Translations under genes and position numbers: made by a program
Shown here: positions 46,825 through 60,355 of the stretch, piece after piece
How positions within the stretch are numbered: position 1 is the stretch's first letter
Layout of the letters: every line of letters starts with the position of its first letter
Assembly: GCA_002269645.1 (NCBI GenBank)
Contig: NIVC01004108.1
Coordinates: 1 to 60,361 of the forward strand
DNA length: 60,361 nucleotides
Reading direction: 5' to 3'
Source: Macrostomum lignano
Lineage: Eukaryota
Notes under the pieces: model-generated
The model's input: only the letters and a program-made list of their open reading frames with translations
Told to the model about the DNA's origin: nothing
The model's database searches: none

Positions 46825-49800
46825 TGCGCTGCGCCAGGGTGCTCACAGCCCTGCTACGAATGTAGCTTCTAACTTGAACTCGTTAAAAACCATACCGTGA
46901 CAAGAGTCGCTAAAAAGACGTTGGAAACAACTCTCTAGTGACTTGTGCCTCTGGGGCGACTCTTGAGACTTTTAACGACTCAAACGCGTCCATTGCGTTG
47001 GAGAGGCGACTGTTGGTTCACAAGCGCGTCACGTGAGTTGTCGACGCGTAAAAGAGTCGCAAAAAGTCGTCCAAGACTTTCCAAACTTTATAATAACTCA
47101 GTAGGCTAGAGAGTGCAACTATAGAGTTCAATAGGCTACAAGTAAAGCTGAGTGTTCATTTGCATCGTTTCAGAGTCCCAGACAATAAAACGCATCAAAG
47201 TGATTCTGGGGCGACTCTTTCACGACCTTTTGGCGACTTGTACCGTGATATCTCATCGTTTTAGCGTCGTTTAGAATCACTTCTTTCTTATTTGACCTGT
47301 CATCTGCAACACGTCCGAAACGACTCGGGGAGGGGGGGGGTGACGCTTTGACTCCGGGACGCTTCTTGGCCTAGATACCGTTTTCATCGGGGTAAAAGGA
47401 AAGAACTACATTGTAGGCATTCAAATGAAAACGCTATGAAATACTAAAACTGTATTCTCATTTGTGATGAGGACGCACTTTTTTCCAAACCCCGTGCTAG
47501 CACATGGGCTCAAAACTTACTTGCCTACTAACAGTGGGCAATGGGCATTTTTATCCTTTTTCTGCGAATAGTCATAGAATCTATACTAGATATAATGTCT
47601 GGTCATACTAGTAGTCATAATAACATAGGCGCAGCTTTTTGGGTCATAAATCATCGCTTTCGAAGCTGGTCTGACAGCCACCTGCGCCTCACTCAGTGTT
47701 GAGGCGGGCGCCAGATGGTCTGAGGGGATGCGGGCGGTAGCTTTTTTCTCATCATTTTGACAGGCCATCAAGATTTATGAGGTCAGAGCCTATTGTTCGT
47801 GTTCACTCAAGCGTGTGACAGCTTTGACAGCTATGCGTTTTACCCCTAAAAGTACTTTGGGATTACCGATTAGCGATTTCTCTTCATTATCTTCACTTTC
47901 TATTTAATAAGAGCTTTCTAATGTATATTTTTTCATTAATTTCTGTCAATCCTACGCGAAAAGTCATAAATCATTCTGTTGCGATTTTGATTGATTTATG
48001 GCCGCACCTGTCATCTTTTTACGACCCTGTGGGAACTGATAGGATCTCTCGGTCACGTGATTCTGGGTAGCAACAAGCTTAGCCAATCAGAAAATTCGGC
48101 GCTCATTTTAGCAAAACGGCTCAGCCAATCAGAATCGACGTGTTCCATTATAACAAACTGCGGTCCAGTTGGCGGCTATTTAAACCGGTGTTTTTGGCCC
48201 GCTCGGACCTCAACCTCCTGGGACCTTAGCCTAGCTTGAGACATCCCGGAGCGTGGCCGTCGTTTCTTGATCCCCGGATTGCGACTTCCCCCATCATCAT
48301 CAAGGACGAATCCCCCCGGTCATCAGCAGCGAACATCAAAGTTAAGATCATCACCTGCTAGCTATCTGCGAAGATTGTGACATCAGCATCATCCCGGGTC
48401 TACAGCTGCGAAGCATCAAGCCGATTCGGTCACTGTGGATAACCTGGTCTCCGGCTGTTGAGTTTCTGATTGGTTGGGTGAGAGGCTACCTAGACTTGCT
48501 TGATTGGGTGATCCCTTATCTGTCTCCTGTATCAGTAGCTGGATTCGGCGCACACTTTTGCTCATTTTGTTCAGTAGTGCTGTTACTGAGGCAGAAATCA
48601 CTTAATAATACTGCTAGTAGTCTAAACTCCAATTCAATCTGAAGTGTGAAGTGATCTAAGGAGAAGGTTAAATCTAACAGTTATTTTTATCGGTTTTATT
48701 TCTTTGTTCGCCGATGGCACAGATGAGTAGCTAAGCTAGTAGGCGCCGGTCACAGTGGACCAATGGCAAGGCGGTTCTCAGTCGATCAATCTATCAAATC
48801 AGTGAGCAAAACTGCCAGAAGTGCAAAATCGGCGCCAGAGATGTACTTTGTGCACTCTAGGATCGTTAAGCGGCTCGGGTAATGAATCCTGCGGTCTCTG
48901 AAGTTCGAGTTAGTCTATCATCAGCGCTAGGAGAGGCTAGTTGGCGCCTTGAAGGCCAAAAGTACATATCTTCGTATTTAGCAATGTAATAGTACATGTA
49001 GCTACCCCATAGACTCGCCACTGCAAGAATTCCCTGCACAAGTCCCCTCTGTACCTGCATGGCCAATGCGATCAAGTCCCAGCAGTGTCCCTTATCATCG
49101 GCTATGACATCGAGATTGACAGCAAAAGACACTTGTTGGCAGGTAAGTGCAAAGCCCCTTCTAGTCGGAAGCCCGATTTCGAGAGTCCCGGTGTGGTGAG
49201 CCAGGGCGCACGGGCTGGTGGCAGCGAGTTAGCTTAGTCTGCGGATTGGCTGATCTCTACCTTCAAATTTCTCCCTGCTTGTCTCTCGCTGTCCCTCTCT
49301 TAGCTATAGGACCTAGACTGCTCGCCACACGATCAAGCTACCATGGGGCTGACCATCTGACAGGAGTGGGGGCCAGGACTCTAATTAATTTATTTCTGAG
49401 ACCTGAGGCCAGAAGGCTTCCCCATAAGGGGGCCGAAAGGTCGAAACCCATCATTTTAATGAGCCATTGAGCACGAAAGTCAGCTGATATTATAGCAAAT
49501 TGCACGAGTTGAGCGAATCTCCAGTTTTTCGTTAAAATTGTATTCTAAATTAAGGATTGACAACACATTTACTCGTGTTTACCAAAGCTTGCTATTTTTG
49601 TCCTGATCTGGCTTTCTGATGTGGAAAATGTCTTGAAATGGAAAAATTACTGATTTAGATAGCAATTTATACTACCATTTATGCCTCGATGAACATTGTT
49701 AAGTGGCGAAGAGAAGGTAACTGTACACAATTCAAAGATAATAATTTCCGGTGATAAAAATGGGGATATCGGAGGTCTCAAATCAAACCTCAGTTTTTGC

Positions 49801-50027
49801 ACTCGTGACGGAGATCAGCAAAACGGTGCAGAATCTCCAAGGTGACAACAGAATCCGGTTTAGGATCTCCGGATGGGGAGACCTGACCATGCCCCGGAGC
49901 TCCCACAAGGGTTATGGATCTCCTATCGCGGAGACCCAAAACCGTTTGCAGACTCCGGATCGGCCACCCAAAACTGGCCGGAGCCCCGGAGATTCTAAAT
50001 AGCAACATCATGGACCACTGGCTAATT

Positions 50028-50192
50028 CTGTGCTGAAGACAGAGCCATGGACCACTGGCTAATTCTGTGCTGAAGACAGAGCCATGGACCACTGGCTAAT
50101 TCTGTGCTGAAGACAGAGCCATGGACCACTGGCTAATTCTGTGCTGAAGACAGAGCCATGGACCACTGGCTAATTCTGCGCTGAAGACACAG
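50028..50192 (+). repeat. 37-bp tandem repeat (~4.5 units) downstream of FReD paralogue 3
   Basis: CCATGGACCACTGGCTAATTCTGTGCTGAAGACAGAG repeated head to tail without spacers. Confidence 0.9.
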
Positions 50193-50538
50193 CCTGTAAG
50201 GCTAAACTCTGCGCAATCATAAAAATCAGAAGAGACCACAAGAAGATTTGCGCAACTTGAGAGTCCTTCTACTTAGCTTTCCGTGACGAGACCCAGCAGC
50301 GGGTGAGATTTATCGGGATCGATTCGAAGGCATTTGAAAAGTTGAATGCTTAACATCGGTGGGAATTCAGTACCGTGTATTTTCTCTATCAGTATCGAGC
50401 GCTTCATCTGACGGATTCTTTTTGCGTGGTAACTAAGTATTGCAGTTTGGACAAATTTTCAAAGTTGCTTTGAGACTGCTTGAGCGCTCGATTTTGAGTT
50501 TCAGAAGCAGCATCTTCCATGCCATCATGCTGGTGCTG

Positions 50539-51557
50539 TTACAGAAGCAGCATCTCGATCTCCATCAGCGAGTAGTAGTAGCCGAAGTTGGATTTCCAAA
50601 TGACTCCCTGTGCATGAGCACCTCCGATGGCGGCAGATGCGTCTTTGTACTCTCCGTTCAGGTGGGCGCAGTGACAGTTGGTAAACCACCAGGCACCTTT
50701 ATACTTCGTTGCGCAGTTGTCAGTGCTGATGTCGTGATCGGCTTCCTTTGTGCTGAACTGCATGCCGTTGCTCCAGGGAGCGAGACTGTCGCCGATGCCG
50801 GCGCTGCCGGAGAAGCCGGACACGCTCAGCCGGTAGTTGTCCGACTCGGGACCCACGGAGAAGCTGGAGTACTCGGCCCAGTGCTCAGAGTCGTTCCACG
50901 CCTTCATCAGGATCCTCAGCTTCCGAGGACCAGAAGCAGTGAGAGCGTGGAGAGAGTTCAGGCCTGGGAAGATGCGGACGTCATGGCGGTGTTTGTCATT
51001 GAAGTCCGAGTTGGAAAGGAAGCGAATGGAGCAGATCTGGGATGCACTCACCGATCCAGTAGTTTCCGTCGGGTCCCTCGCCGAACTCGCTCTGGTACTG
51101 AGTCCAGTTGCGGTAAAAGTCCACTGAGCCGGACACCCTGTGCTGCACGGTGGTCCAGCAGTCACTGCCGGCTGTCTGCAAGGTGACACAACAGGTGTGT
51201 CAGCTTTTCTACTCTGTGTGAAAGCGTGGCTGTGATGCTGACACATCTAACGGAGTGACTCACCCACACTCGCTGAGCTCCCTTGTTCGCATTGCGGCAC
51301 TTCCTGCAGTGGCTCAGGCCCAGGCGGCACCTGAAGTGAGCGCACAGGCCGGAGCTGGCGTTGAACGCCACCAGCTGCACAGCGGAGTCTCTGCTGGCAC
51401 GCACGGTGCATTCTAAGTCGCTTCGGACAGGCAGCGACCTCACGGCCTCGTAGTCGGAGAGGCTCTCGTGGCCAAGAGACCACTCTCGCCCAAGCGATGC
51501 GGCCTCGGGTGCAGCGGGCTGTTGTGCCATCAGCAAAATCAGAGCGGCGTGGATCAC
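50539..51557 (-). CDS. FReD protein, paralogue 3 (3 exons; start uncertain)
   Basis: Same exon 2/3 structure; ORFs 51162-51557, 50996-51181 and 50539-51246. Confidence 0.85.
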
Positions 51558-52710
51558 TATGTACTTTTCACTGCGATTTCCTGGAATTCATTTGGGGAAA
51601 ATATCTTGCTTGTTGTGTATGAGTCGTACTAAATGATAAGAAATTTTCTTTTTACATTGGGAAAAGGTGGATTCATTTTTACGATCAATCTACGAGTAGT
51701 CACTTGATTTCTAAACGGTCGAGAGAGCGTCGCGTCAGAGATGAATCATTCTGTACAGATCAAACAGTAGAAACGTACCGTTTACGGAGGCCTATAGATA
51801 GAGGTAAATGTTGAGCAGGGATGCAGAGCTGCTGCGACTCACTCCCTATCGCCAGGCTTATCTCAAGAACCGCCGCGCGAGCCCAAAAAATTATGGGCTG
51901 CTTTTTTAAGCAAAGCCAGTCCTCACAGCATGGCGTGAAGGCCCATAGCAACAAGCGATGGAGTGCCGGGATAAGACAATAGAAAACGCCTGTCTCAGCT
52001 CGTCCTGCATCTTTTCTGGAAACTCAGTTGCCAGTAACGAAGTAATTGGCAAGCTCGTGGATCTGTCAGTTAGAGTTCAAGGGCTACCAGGAATATACTC
52101 ATTAAAAAACATTTATACTCAAATCCACGTGACTGACGGACCGACTGCTTGTTCGGACACTGCAGCGCCCCTGCGAGTGCAGTGTAAATTGAAGAGTTTT
52201 TACTTAAAATACAGTTTGCACTCCATGTAGAGAGCATCTTACACCTGTCTGTAACTGTTGCGTAGGGACTAAAAACTACAAATATTAGTTCACTAGGACA
52301 GTGCATGCATTTAACACATTTTGATTGCTTTTTCAAATCAAAAAGCAGAAGTGTAGAATTTTTGTGTACAAAATATCATTATAATTAATATCTATCGCCC
52401 GGGCACTGATTAGCGCTCGGCTGTTTCGCTGAGTAATTTCCTGTTTCGAAAATAGTAATTTCCTCGGATGTTACATCCGGCTTCCGTTGCCAAGTCGAAG
52501 TCCAGATCCGTTATTGTTAGTTTCCAGGCGCGTTTGCTTCTTTATTTTTATGGCAAATGAGAGTAAAATACAAAGTACGAAGTACAATGAAAGTATATTT
52601 ATTATAAAAATTCATTCTCATAAATACAAAATACATTTATTTATAACACAATATATTTATTTTTATTGAGTTATGATACTGAAACCTCAGTATACTCGTA
52701 TTCACAGATA

Positions 52711-52954
52711 AGTGCCTCAGTCACAGAAGTGCCTCAGTCACAGAAGTGCCTCAGTCACAGAAGTGCTTCAGTCACAAAAGTGCCTCAGTCACAGAAGTGC
52801 CTCAGTCACAGAAGTGCCTCAGTCACAGAAGTGCCTCAGTCACAGAAGTGCCTCAGTCACAGAAGTGCCTCAGTCACAGAAGTGCTTCAGTCACAAAAGT
52901 GCTTCAGTCACAAAAGTGCTTCAGTCACAAAAGTGCTTCAGTCACAAAAGTGCT
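52711..52954 (+). repeat. 17-bp minisatellite (AGTCACAGAAGTGCCTC) overlapping the REV3L stop codon
   Basis: Directly visible. Confidence 0.95.
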
Positions 52955-55900
52955 TCGACGATTTGACGAATTTCTTCAAGCCGCCGCAGGGCCGCCGGGC
53001 TGCCGGCCGCCCACCGCTCGAAGGCCACCGGGCAATCCGCCGAGCGGCAGTCGACGTTCGCCGACGCTTCGAACGGTGCTAGACGGGGAGCCAGACACCC
53101 GGACTGGCAGACGGCGCAGGTCTCGGCAAGGTGCGCTGCCCGCGCTTCGGCGCCGGCCGCCGCAGAGAGGAGCGCCGCGCCGACAGCCCAGGGCACGCGA
53201 GCGCACTCGGCGCAGAGAGGCGGCGCCGAGGCGCCACTGGCGATGACGCCGGGTTGGCCGCAGGCGCCGCAGCTGCCCAGGCCGAGGAAGCGACCGATGG
53301 CGCCGGCGCCGCCGCCGACTCCGAGGCGCGCCAGGGCGCCGGGCTTCGCCAGGCCGGCGTTCCACGCGAAGACGTCGACGCCGAGCAGCGACAGGGCGCG
53401 GTGGAGCGGCGGCAGAATCTGCGGAGCGCCAAGCGAGTCTCACTAATCTGTGATCTAACCTCACTGTTATAACCCCACCCCAATCAAACATCACCCCAAT
53501 TAAATCTCACCCAATCCAATCCAATCCCACCCCAATCCAATCCAATCCACCCCAATCCAATCCAATCCAAATCCAATCCCACCCAATCCAATCCCACCCA
53601 ATCCAATCCCACCCCAATCCAATCCCACCCCAATCCAATCTCACCCAATCCAATCTCACCCAATCCAATCCAATCCCACCCCAATCCAATCCCACCCAAT
53701 CCAATCTCGCCCTAATCTAATCTCACCCCAATCCAATCCCACCCCAATCCAATCTCACCCAATCCAATCCAATCCCACCCCAATCCAATCTCACCCAATC
53801 CAATCCCACCCCAATCCAATCTCACCCAATCCAATCCAATCCCACCCCAATCCAATCTCACCCAATCCAATCTCACCCAATCCAATCTCACCCAATCCAA
53901 TCTCACCCAATCCAATCTCGCCCTAATCCAATCTCGCTTTAATCCAATCTCACTCCAATCCAAACTCACTCAATCCAATCTCACCCCAATCCAATCTCAC
54001 CCAATCCAATCTCACCCAATCCAATCTCACCCCAATCTAATCTCACCCTAATTTAACCCCATCATAATCTATTCTCAGCCCACCTGTTTGCTGGCATAAT
54101 AGTCCCGGTCGAGGCACTCGGGTCCGCCGGCCCCGCCACCGGCAGCACCCAGAAGCTCCTCGGGGGACCTGGCGCGGGCGCAGAGGCCCTGGCCCGGCTG
54201 GGACGGCCGCACCACGACAAACTGCACCCGGTAGCCGAGCGGCGGCTCCGCCCTCGGGTCGGCGGCGAGGCGGCGACGGACAACGGCTAGGCCTGGCACA
54301 GCCGCCCGCTCGCTGTAGTTCCTGCAGCCGCGGTGCTCCCGGGCGATGATCAGCTCCTGCAGAGGCGACCGGCCCCAGTGCAGGCGGTGCAGCTCGAACT
54401 CAACGACTCGCCGCACCCGGACAGGTCGAGACTGGAGAGTAGCTCCCGGAGGCTGCGGCCTAGGATGCGGCCTGCGGCGGGGCAGCTGTCGCGGCGGACC
54501 TGGACGGGTGGGATTTCAACTCAGAGATTGGGATTTGGGATTTCGAATCAGAGATTGGGATTTGAGGATTTCAAATCAGAGATTGGGAATTGGGATTTTG
54601 AATCAGAGATTGAAATTTGGGATTTCGGATCAGATATTGGGATTTGGGATTTCAACTCAGTGATAGGGATTTGGGATTTGGGATTTCAACTCAGAGATTG
54701 GGATTTGGGATTTCAACTCAGTGATAGGGATTTGGGATTTGGGATTTCAACTCAGAGATTGGGATTTGGGATTTCCACTCAGATATTGGGATTTGGGATT
54801 TCGAATCAGAGATTGGGATTGGGGATGTTGAATCAGATATTGGGATTTTGGATTTGGGATTCGGAATCAGAGACTGGGATTTGGGATTTCGAATTACAGA
54901 TTGGGATTCGGGATTTTAAATCAGAGATTGGGATTTCCCCAATTGGGCTTCGGAATTGGGAAATTCAGTCCACTCACCGTCTCGATGCCCTTGGCGTCGA
55001 AGGTTGGCTCCAGCTGGTCGGCGGTCTCGTACATGAAGCCGGCATAGTGCTTCTTGGTGAGCAGCAGGCAGGGCTGGTACACCTTCTCGAAGCGCAGCTT
55101 CACTGGCTTCGGGTTCACCGCCGTGACGGCCCGCGCCATCGCCTGCCCGATCTCAAAGGCTTCCCGACGGCTGCGGCCCGGCAGCAGCACGAACAGGCTG
55201 TCCGTGTCGCCGTAGATCACCTGGGCCCGCCAGGACGGCTCCGCCTGCACCAGCGCAATGGCCCGCTCCAGCGTCTCCCGCGCCTTACGGACAATGCTGT
55301 CACCCACCTGACAGCCGGCAGGGCGGGTGGGGAAGCTGACAGTGCAGTGGGATCTCAGTCTCAGTCTCTGAGCACAGTTTCTGAGCACAGTTTCTGAGCA
55401 GTCTCTGAGCACAGACTCTAAACACAGTCTCTGACAGTCTCTGAGCACAGTCTATGAGCACAGTTTTTGAGCACAGTCTATGAGCACAGTCTCTGAGCAC
55501 AGTCTATGAGCACAGTTTCTGAGCACAGTCTCTGACAGTTTCTGAGCACAGTCTTTGACAGTCTCTGAGCACAGTCTCTGAGCACAGACTCTAAACACAG
55601 TCTCTGAACAGTCTCTGAGCAGTCTCTGAGCACAGTCTCTGAGCACAGTCTCTGAGCACAGTCTCTGAGCACAGTCTCTGAGCACAGTCTCTGAGCACAG
55701 TCTCTAAGCACAGTCTATGAGCACAGTTTCTGAGCACAGTCTCTGACAGTTTCTGAGCACAGTCTTTGACAGTCTCTGAGCACAGTCTCTGAGCACAGAC
55801 TCTAAACACAGTCTCTGAACAGTCTCTGAGCAGTCTCTGAGCACAGTCTCTGAGCAGAGTCTCTGAGCACAGTCTCTGAGCACAGTCTCTGAGCACAGTC

Positions 55901-58900
55901 TCTGAGCAAGTACCAGACAACTAGCTGAGCACAGTGCCTGAGGACTAGCTGAGCACAGTGCCTGAGGACTAGCTGAGCACAGTGCCTGAGGACTAGCTGA
56001 GCACAGTGCCTGAGGACTAGCTGAGCACAGTGCCTGAGGACTAGCTGAGCACAGTGCCTGAGGACTAGCTGAGCACAGTGCCTGAGGACTAGCTGAGCAC
56101 AGTGCCTGAGGACTAGCTGAGCACAGTGCCTGAGGACTAGCTGAGCACAGTGCCTGAGGACTAGCTGAGCACAGTGCCTGAGGACTAGCTGAGCACAGTG
56201 CCTGAGGACTAGCTGAGCACAGTGCCTGAGGACTAGCTGAGCACAGTGCCTGAGGACTAGCTGAGCACAGTGCCTGAGGACTAGCTGAGCACAGTGCCTG
56301 AGGACTAGCTGAGCACAGTACCTGAGGACTAGCTGAGCACAGTGCCTGAGGACTAGCTGAGCACAGTGCCTGAGGACTAGCTGAGCACAGTGCCTGAGGA
56401 CTAGCTGAGCACAGTGCCTGAGGACTAGCTGAGCACAGTGCCTGAGGACTAGCTGAGCACAGTGCCTGAGGACTAGCTGAGCACAGTGCCTGAGGACTAG
56501 CTGAGCACAGTGCCTGAGGACTAGCTGAGCACAGTGCCTGAGGACTAGCTGAGCACAGTGCCTGAGGACTAGCTGAGCACAGTGCCTGAGGACTAGCTGA
56601 GCACAGTACCTGAGGACTAGCTGAGCACAGTGCCTGAGGACTAGCTGAGCACAGTGCCTGAGGACTAGCTGAGCACAGTGCCTGAGGACTAGCTGAGCAC
56701 AGTGCCTGAGGACTAGCTGAGCACAGTGCCTGAGGACTAGCTGAGCACAGTGCCTGAGGACTAGCTGAGCACAGTGCCTGAGGACTAGCTGAGCACAGTG
56801 CCTGAGGACTAGCTGAGCACAGTACCTGAGGACTAGCTGAGCACAGTGCCTGAGGACTAGCTGAGCACAGTGCCTGAGGACTAGCTGAGCACAGTGCCTG
56901 AGGACTAGCTGAGCACAGTGCCTGAGGACTAGCTGAGCACAGTGCCTGAGGACTAGCTGAGCACAGTGCCTGAGGACTAGCTGAGCACAGTGCCTGAGGA
57001 CTAGCTGAGCACAGTGCCAGAGAGCAGACCGCAAGCGCCTCTCACCTCAACACACGGCATTCTGCCCGAGAAGCTGGCGGCCGTGTACCCGTAGGTGACA
57101 TTCGCGATGAGCTTCAGGCCCAGCTGGCGAGCATCCAGCAGTTTGAGCAGCGGCTGAAATGAGGGCGAGGCTCGGCTTATCACTCTGGATGAATGCCAAC
57201 CTCAGCAGCAGTGGCAGCAGCTTTTAACAGAGACAGACCTCGTTGCCGCCATAGCGCTTCATCGCCGCTTTCACCATCAGGCGGGTGGCCAGAATCTCCT
57301 CCACCATCCTGGAGATGACGCCCCGCTGAACGCTGGCGTCCACAAACCCGATGCCCAGAGGGGAGAAGTTCAGGTGTCCGGCTGCGCGCTGCGGGGATCC
57401 AGGATGGCAATGGGAGACGGAGATGCTGAAGATTGGGATTCTGGGAATTCTGCCGTATTTGAGTTTAGGGTATATGAGATCTGAGATTTGGGATCCGGGA
57501 CCTGAGGTTTGGGATTTCAGAACTGAGGTTTGGAATCTGAGGTTTGGGATTTTGGAACTGAGGTTTGGGATCTGAGATTTTTTATCTCGGATTAGAAGTT
57601 TGGGATTTGAGGTTTGGGATCTGAGGTTTGGGATTTCGGAACTGAGGTTTGGGATCTGAGGTTTGGGATTTCGGATTTGAGGTTTGCGATCTGGGGTGTA
57701 GGATTTCGGAACTGAAGTTTGGAAGCGGGGGTTGGTGATTTTAGATTTGGGATTGAAGGTTTGAGATTTTGGATTGGATAATTAGGATATTGGATTGGAT
57801 AATTGGGATCTTGGATTGGATAATTGGGATCTTGGGTTGGATACTTGGGATCTTGGTTTGGATAATTGGGATCTTGGATTGGATAATTGGGATCTTGGGT
57901 TGGATAATTGGGATCTTGGATTGGATAATTGGGATTTTGGATTGGATAATTGGGATTTTGGATTCGATAATTGGGATCTTGGTTTGGATGATTGGGATTT
58001 TCGATTTGAGATCCGAGATCTGGGATCAGGAAGGGGAGTTTTGTATTACGATAACAAAAAGGCAGCCTTATTAACGTCTCAGTCATACCTGATAAGCGCC
58101 TGGATCCGTCATCAGTCGGTGACAGCCAAACTCGTAAGCCATAGGATCGCTTAAAAGTACAAATTTATCAATTGCCAATTGAAGCTGTCGAAATGCTTTG
58201 AGAAGAAGTTTTACAAAGGCACACAGCACTATCGCATACATTTAATTTATACAGGCAAATGTAGTTCATTTCTCTCACTATAAAACGCTACACGTACACA
58301 CTCACTGTGTATCCGATATGTATCGAAAACATTAATTCACAACACTAAAACTTATACATTCAATATTTACTCGATATGTATTGAAAATATTAATTCAAAA
58401 GATTAAAATTTATAAAGTTCTCTCTGTACCCAATATGTATTGAAAACAGTATTTTAAAAGCACTAAACCTTATACATTCACTATGTACCCGATACGTATC
58501 GAAAGTATTATTTTAAAGGACTAAAATGTATACATTCTCTCTGTACCCGATATGTATCGAAAACATTATTTTAAAAGCACTAAACCTTATACATTCACTA
58601 TGTACCCGATATGTATCGAAAATATTTTTTCAAAGGACTAAAATGTATACATTCTCTCTATACCCGATATGTATCGAAAAAAATGTTCGTCTCACCAAGT
58701 GGTAATGCTGGCTGCCCGGCCAATGCAGGTGGAGAAGCAGTAATTGTAGGCTATCATTATAGATGGTAGAGGCTCTGGAAGTCCAGCACCACCACCGGAT
58801 CTGTGTGCAGGCCAGACCGCGGCTCCAGGGTCAGCGGGATGGCGTCGGGCGCCGCCGCCTGCCGGGCCCGCTGCTGCACCGAGGGCGACAGCGGCAGCAG

Positions 58901-59100
58901 GCCGAGCGGCTTGGCCAGGCGCAGCATCATGGACTCGACGCGGTACTGGGAGCCGCGGACAGCACGTGGTAAAACTCGATGCCGAACACCCGAGCGAACT
59001 CGGCGGTGCGAGACACCAGCCCCAGGGTGGACAGCATGCGGAGGCTGCCGCAGGACCGCGTCTCCAGGTGCTCCACTACGCGCCAGGAGTCACGGCCGTC
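52942..59100 (-). CDS. REV3L: DNA polymerase zeta catalytic subunit, 3' six exons (59100-58696, 57381-57239, 57153-57046, 55307-54978, 54499-54084, 53418-52942)
   Basis: [116 protein letters not shown]-terminal CysA/CysB (CRSADCPV); GT-AG boundaries; two 1-nt deletions (~54418, ~58770). Confidence 0.95.
53472..54060 (+). repeat. (CCAAT)n-type intronic microsatellite
   Basis: Directly visible. Confidence 0.95.
54508..54960 (+). repeat. GGGATTT-rich intronic degenerate tandem repeat
   Basis: Directly visible. Confidence 0.9.
55355..55905 (+). repeat. 13-bp intronic minisatellite (AGTCTCTGAGCAC)
   Basis: Directly visible. Confidence 0.93.
55921..57018 (+). repeat. 24-bp intronic minisatellite (CTAGCTGAGCACAGTGCCTGAGGA), 45 full units in perfect phase
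   Basis: Unit starts at 55921 and again at 57001 (1080 = 45 x 24). Confidence 0.98.
57480..58020 (+). repeat. Intronic GGGAT-rich repeats including a 21-bp unit (TTGGATTGGATAATTGGGATC)
   Basis: Directly visible. Confidence 0.9.
58315..58680 (+). repeat. ~58-59-bp AT-rich intronic tandem repeat
   Basis: TATGTATCGAAA recurs at ~58-59 bp spacing (e.g. 58493, 58551, 58610). Confidence 0.85.
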
Positions 59101-59104
59101 CTGC

Positions 59105-60355
59105 GGGATGGGGAAATCGGATGGGGATCGGATGGATGGGGATGGGATGAGATGAGATAGGGATGGGATCGGGTGGGATGGGGATGGGATGAGATGTGGA
59201 TGGAATGAGATGTGGATGGGATGAGATAGGGATGGGATGAGATAGGGATGGGGATGGGATGAGATAGGGATGGGGATGGGATGAGATAGGGATGGGGATG
59301 GGATGAGATGGGGATGGATGAGATAGGGATGGGATGAGATAGGGATGGGATGAGATAGGGATGGGGATGGGATGAGATAGGGATGGGGATGGGATGAGAT
59401 AGGGATGGGGATGGGATGAGATGGGGATGGGATGGGATGAGATAGGGATGGGATGGGATGAGATAGGGATGGGGATGGGATGAGATGGGGATGGGATGAG
59501 ATAGGGATGGGATGAGATAGGGATGGGATGAGATAGGGATGGGGATGGGATGAGATGGGGATGGGGATGGGATGAGATAGGGATGGGATGAGATAGGGAT
59601 GGGGATGGGATGAGATAGGGATGGGATGGATGAGATAGGGATGGGATGGGATGAGATAGGGATGGGGATGGGATGAGATGGGGATGGGGATGGGATGAGA
59701 TAGGGATGGGGATGGGATGAGATAGGGATGGGATGAGATAGGGATGGGGATGGGATGAGATAGGGATGGGGATGGGATGAGATGGGGATGGGGATGGGGA
59801 TGATGAGATAGGGATGGGGATGGGATGAGATAGGGATGGGATGAGATAGGGATGGGATGGGGATGGGATGAGATAGGGATGGGATGGGATGAGATAGGGA
59901 TGGGGATGGGATGAGATAGGGATGGGGATGGGATGAGATAGGGATAGGATGAGATAGGGATGGGGATGGGATGAGATAGGGATGGGGATGGGATGAGATG
60001 GGATGGATGGATGAGATAGGGATGGGGATGGGATGAGATGGGGATGGGGATGGGATGAGATAGGGATGGGGATGGGATGAGATGGGGATGGGGATGGGGA
60101 TGGGATGAGATAGGGATGGGATGAGATAGGGATGGATGAGATAGGGATGGGATGGGGATGGATGAGATGGGGATGGGTGGGGATGGGATGAGATAGGGAT
60201 GGGGATGGATGAGATAGGGATGGGATGAGATAGGGATGGGATGGGGATGGGATGAGATAGGGATGGGATGAGATAGGATGGGATGAGATAGGGATGGGGA
60301 TGGGATGGGATGAGATGGGATGGGGATGGGATGAGATAGGGGATGGGGATGGAAT
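59105..60355 (+). repeat. (GGGAT/GAGATA)n intronic microsatellite
   Basis: Directly visible. Confidence 0.97.

Noticed and set aside
49396-49446. Hammerhead ribozyme (CTGA..GGCC..GGCCGAAA)
   Set aside because: The CUGANGA core is incomplete and stems I/III could not be assigned; at most a degenerate relic.
47900-49500. Possible retroelement or promoter region (CCAATCAG repeats, short ORFs)
   Set aside because: No identifiable protein motif or termini.
50028-50192. CRISPR-like array (37-bp repeats)
   Set aside because: Head-to-tail repeats without unique spacers, no cas genes, eukaryotic context; the same applies to the other arrays.
54921-55448. A second viral PolB (YGDTDS motif)
   Set aside because: Flanking motifs, spliceosomal introns and CysA/CysB identify host REV3L.
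55300-57034. ORFs in the 13-bp and 24-bp arrays
   Set aside because: They lie inside a REV3L intron defined by in-phase flanking exons.
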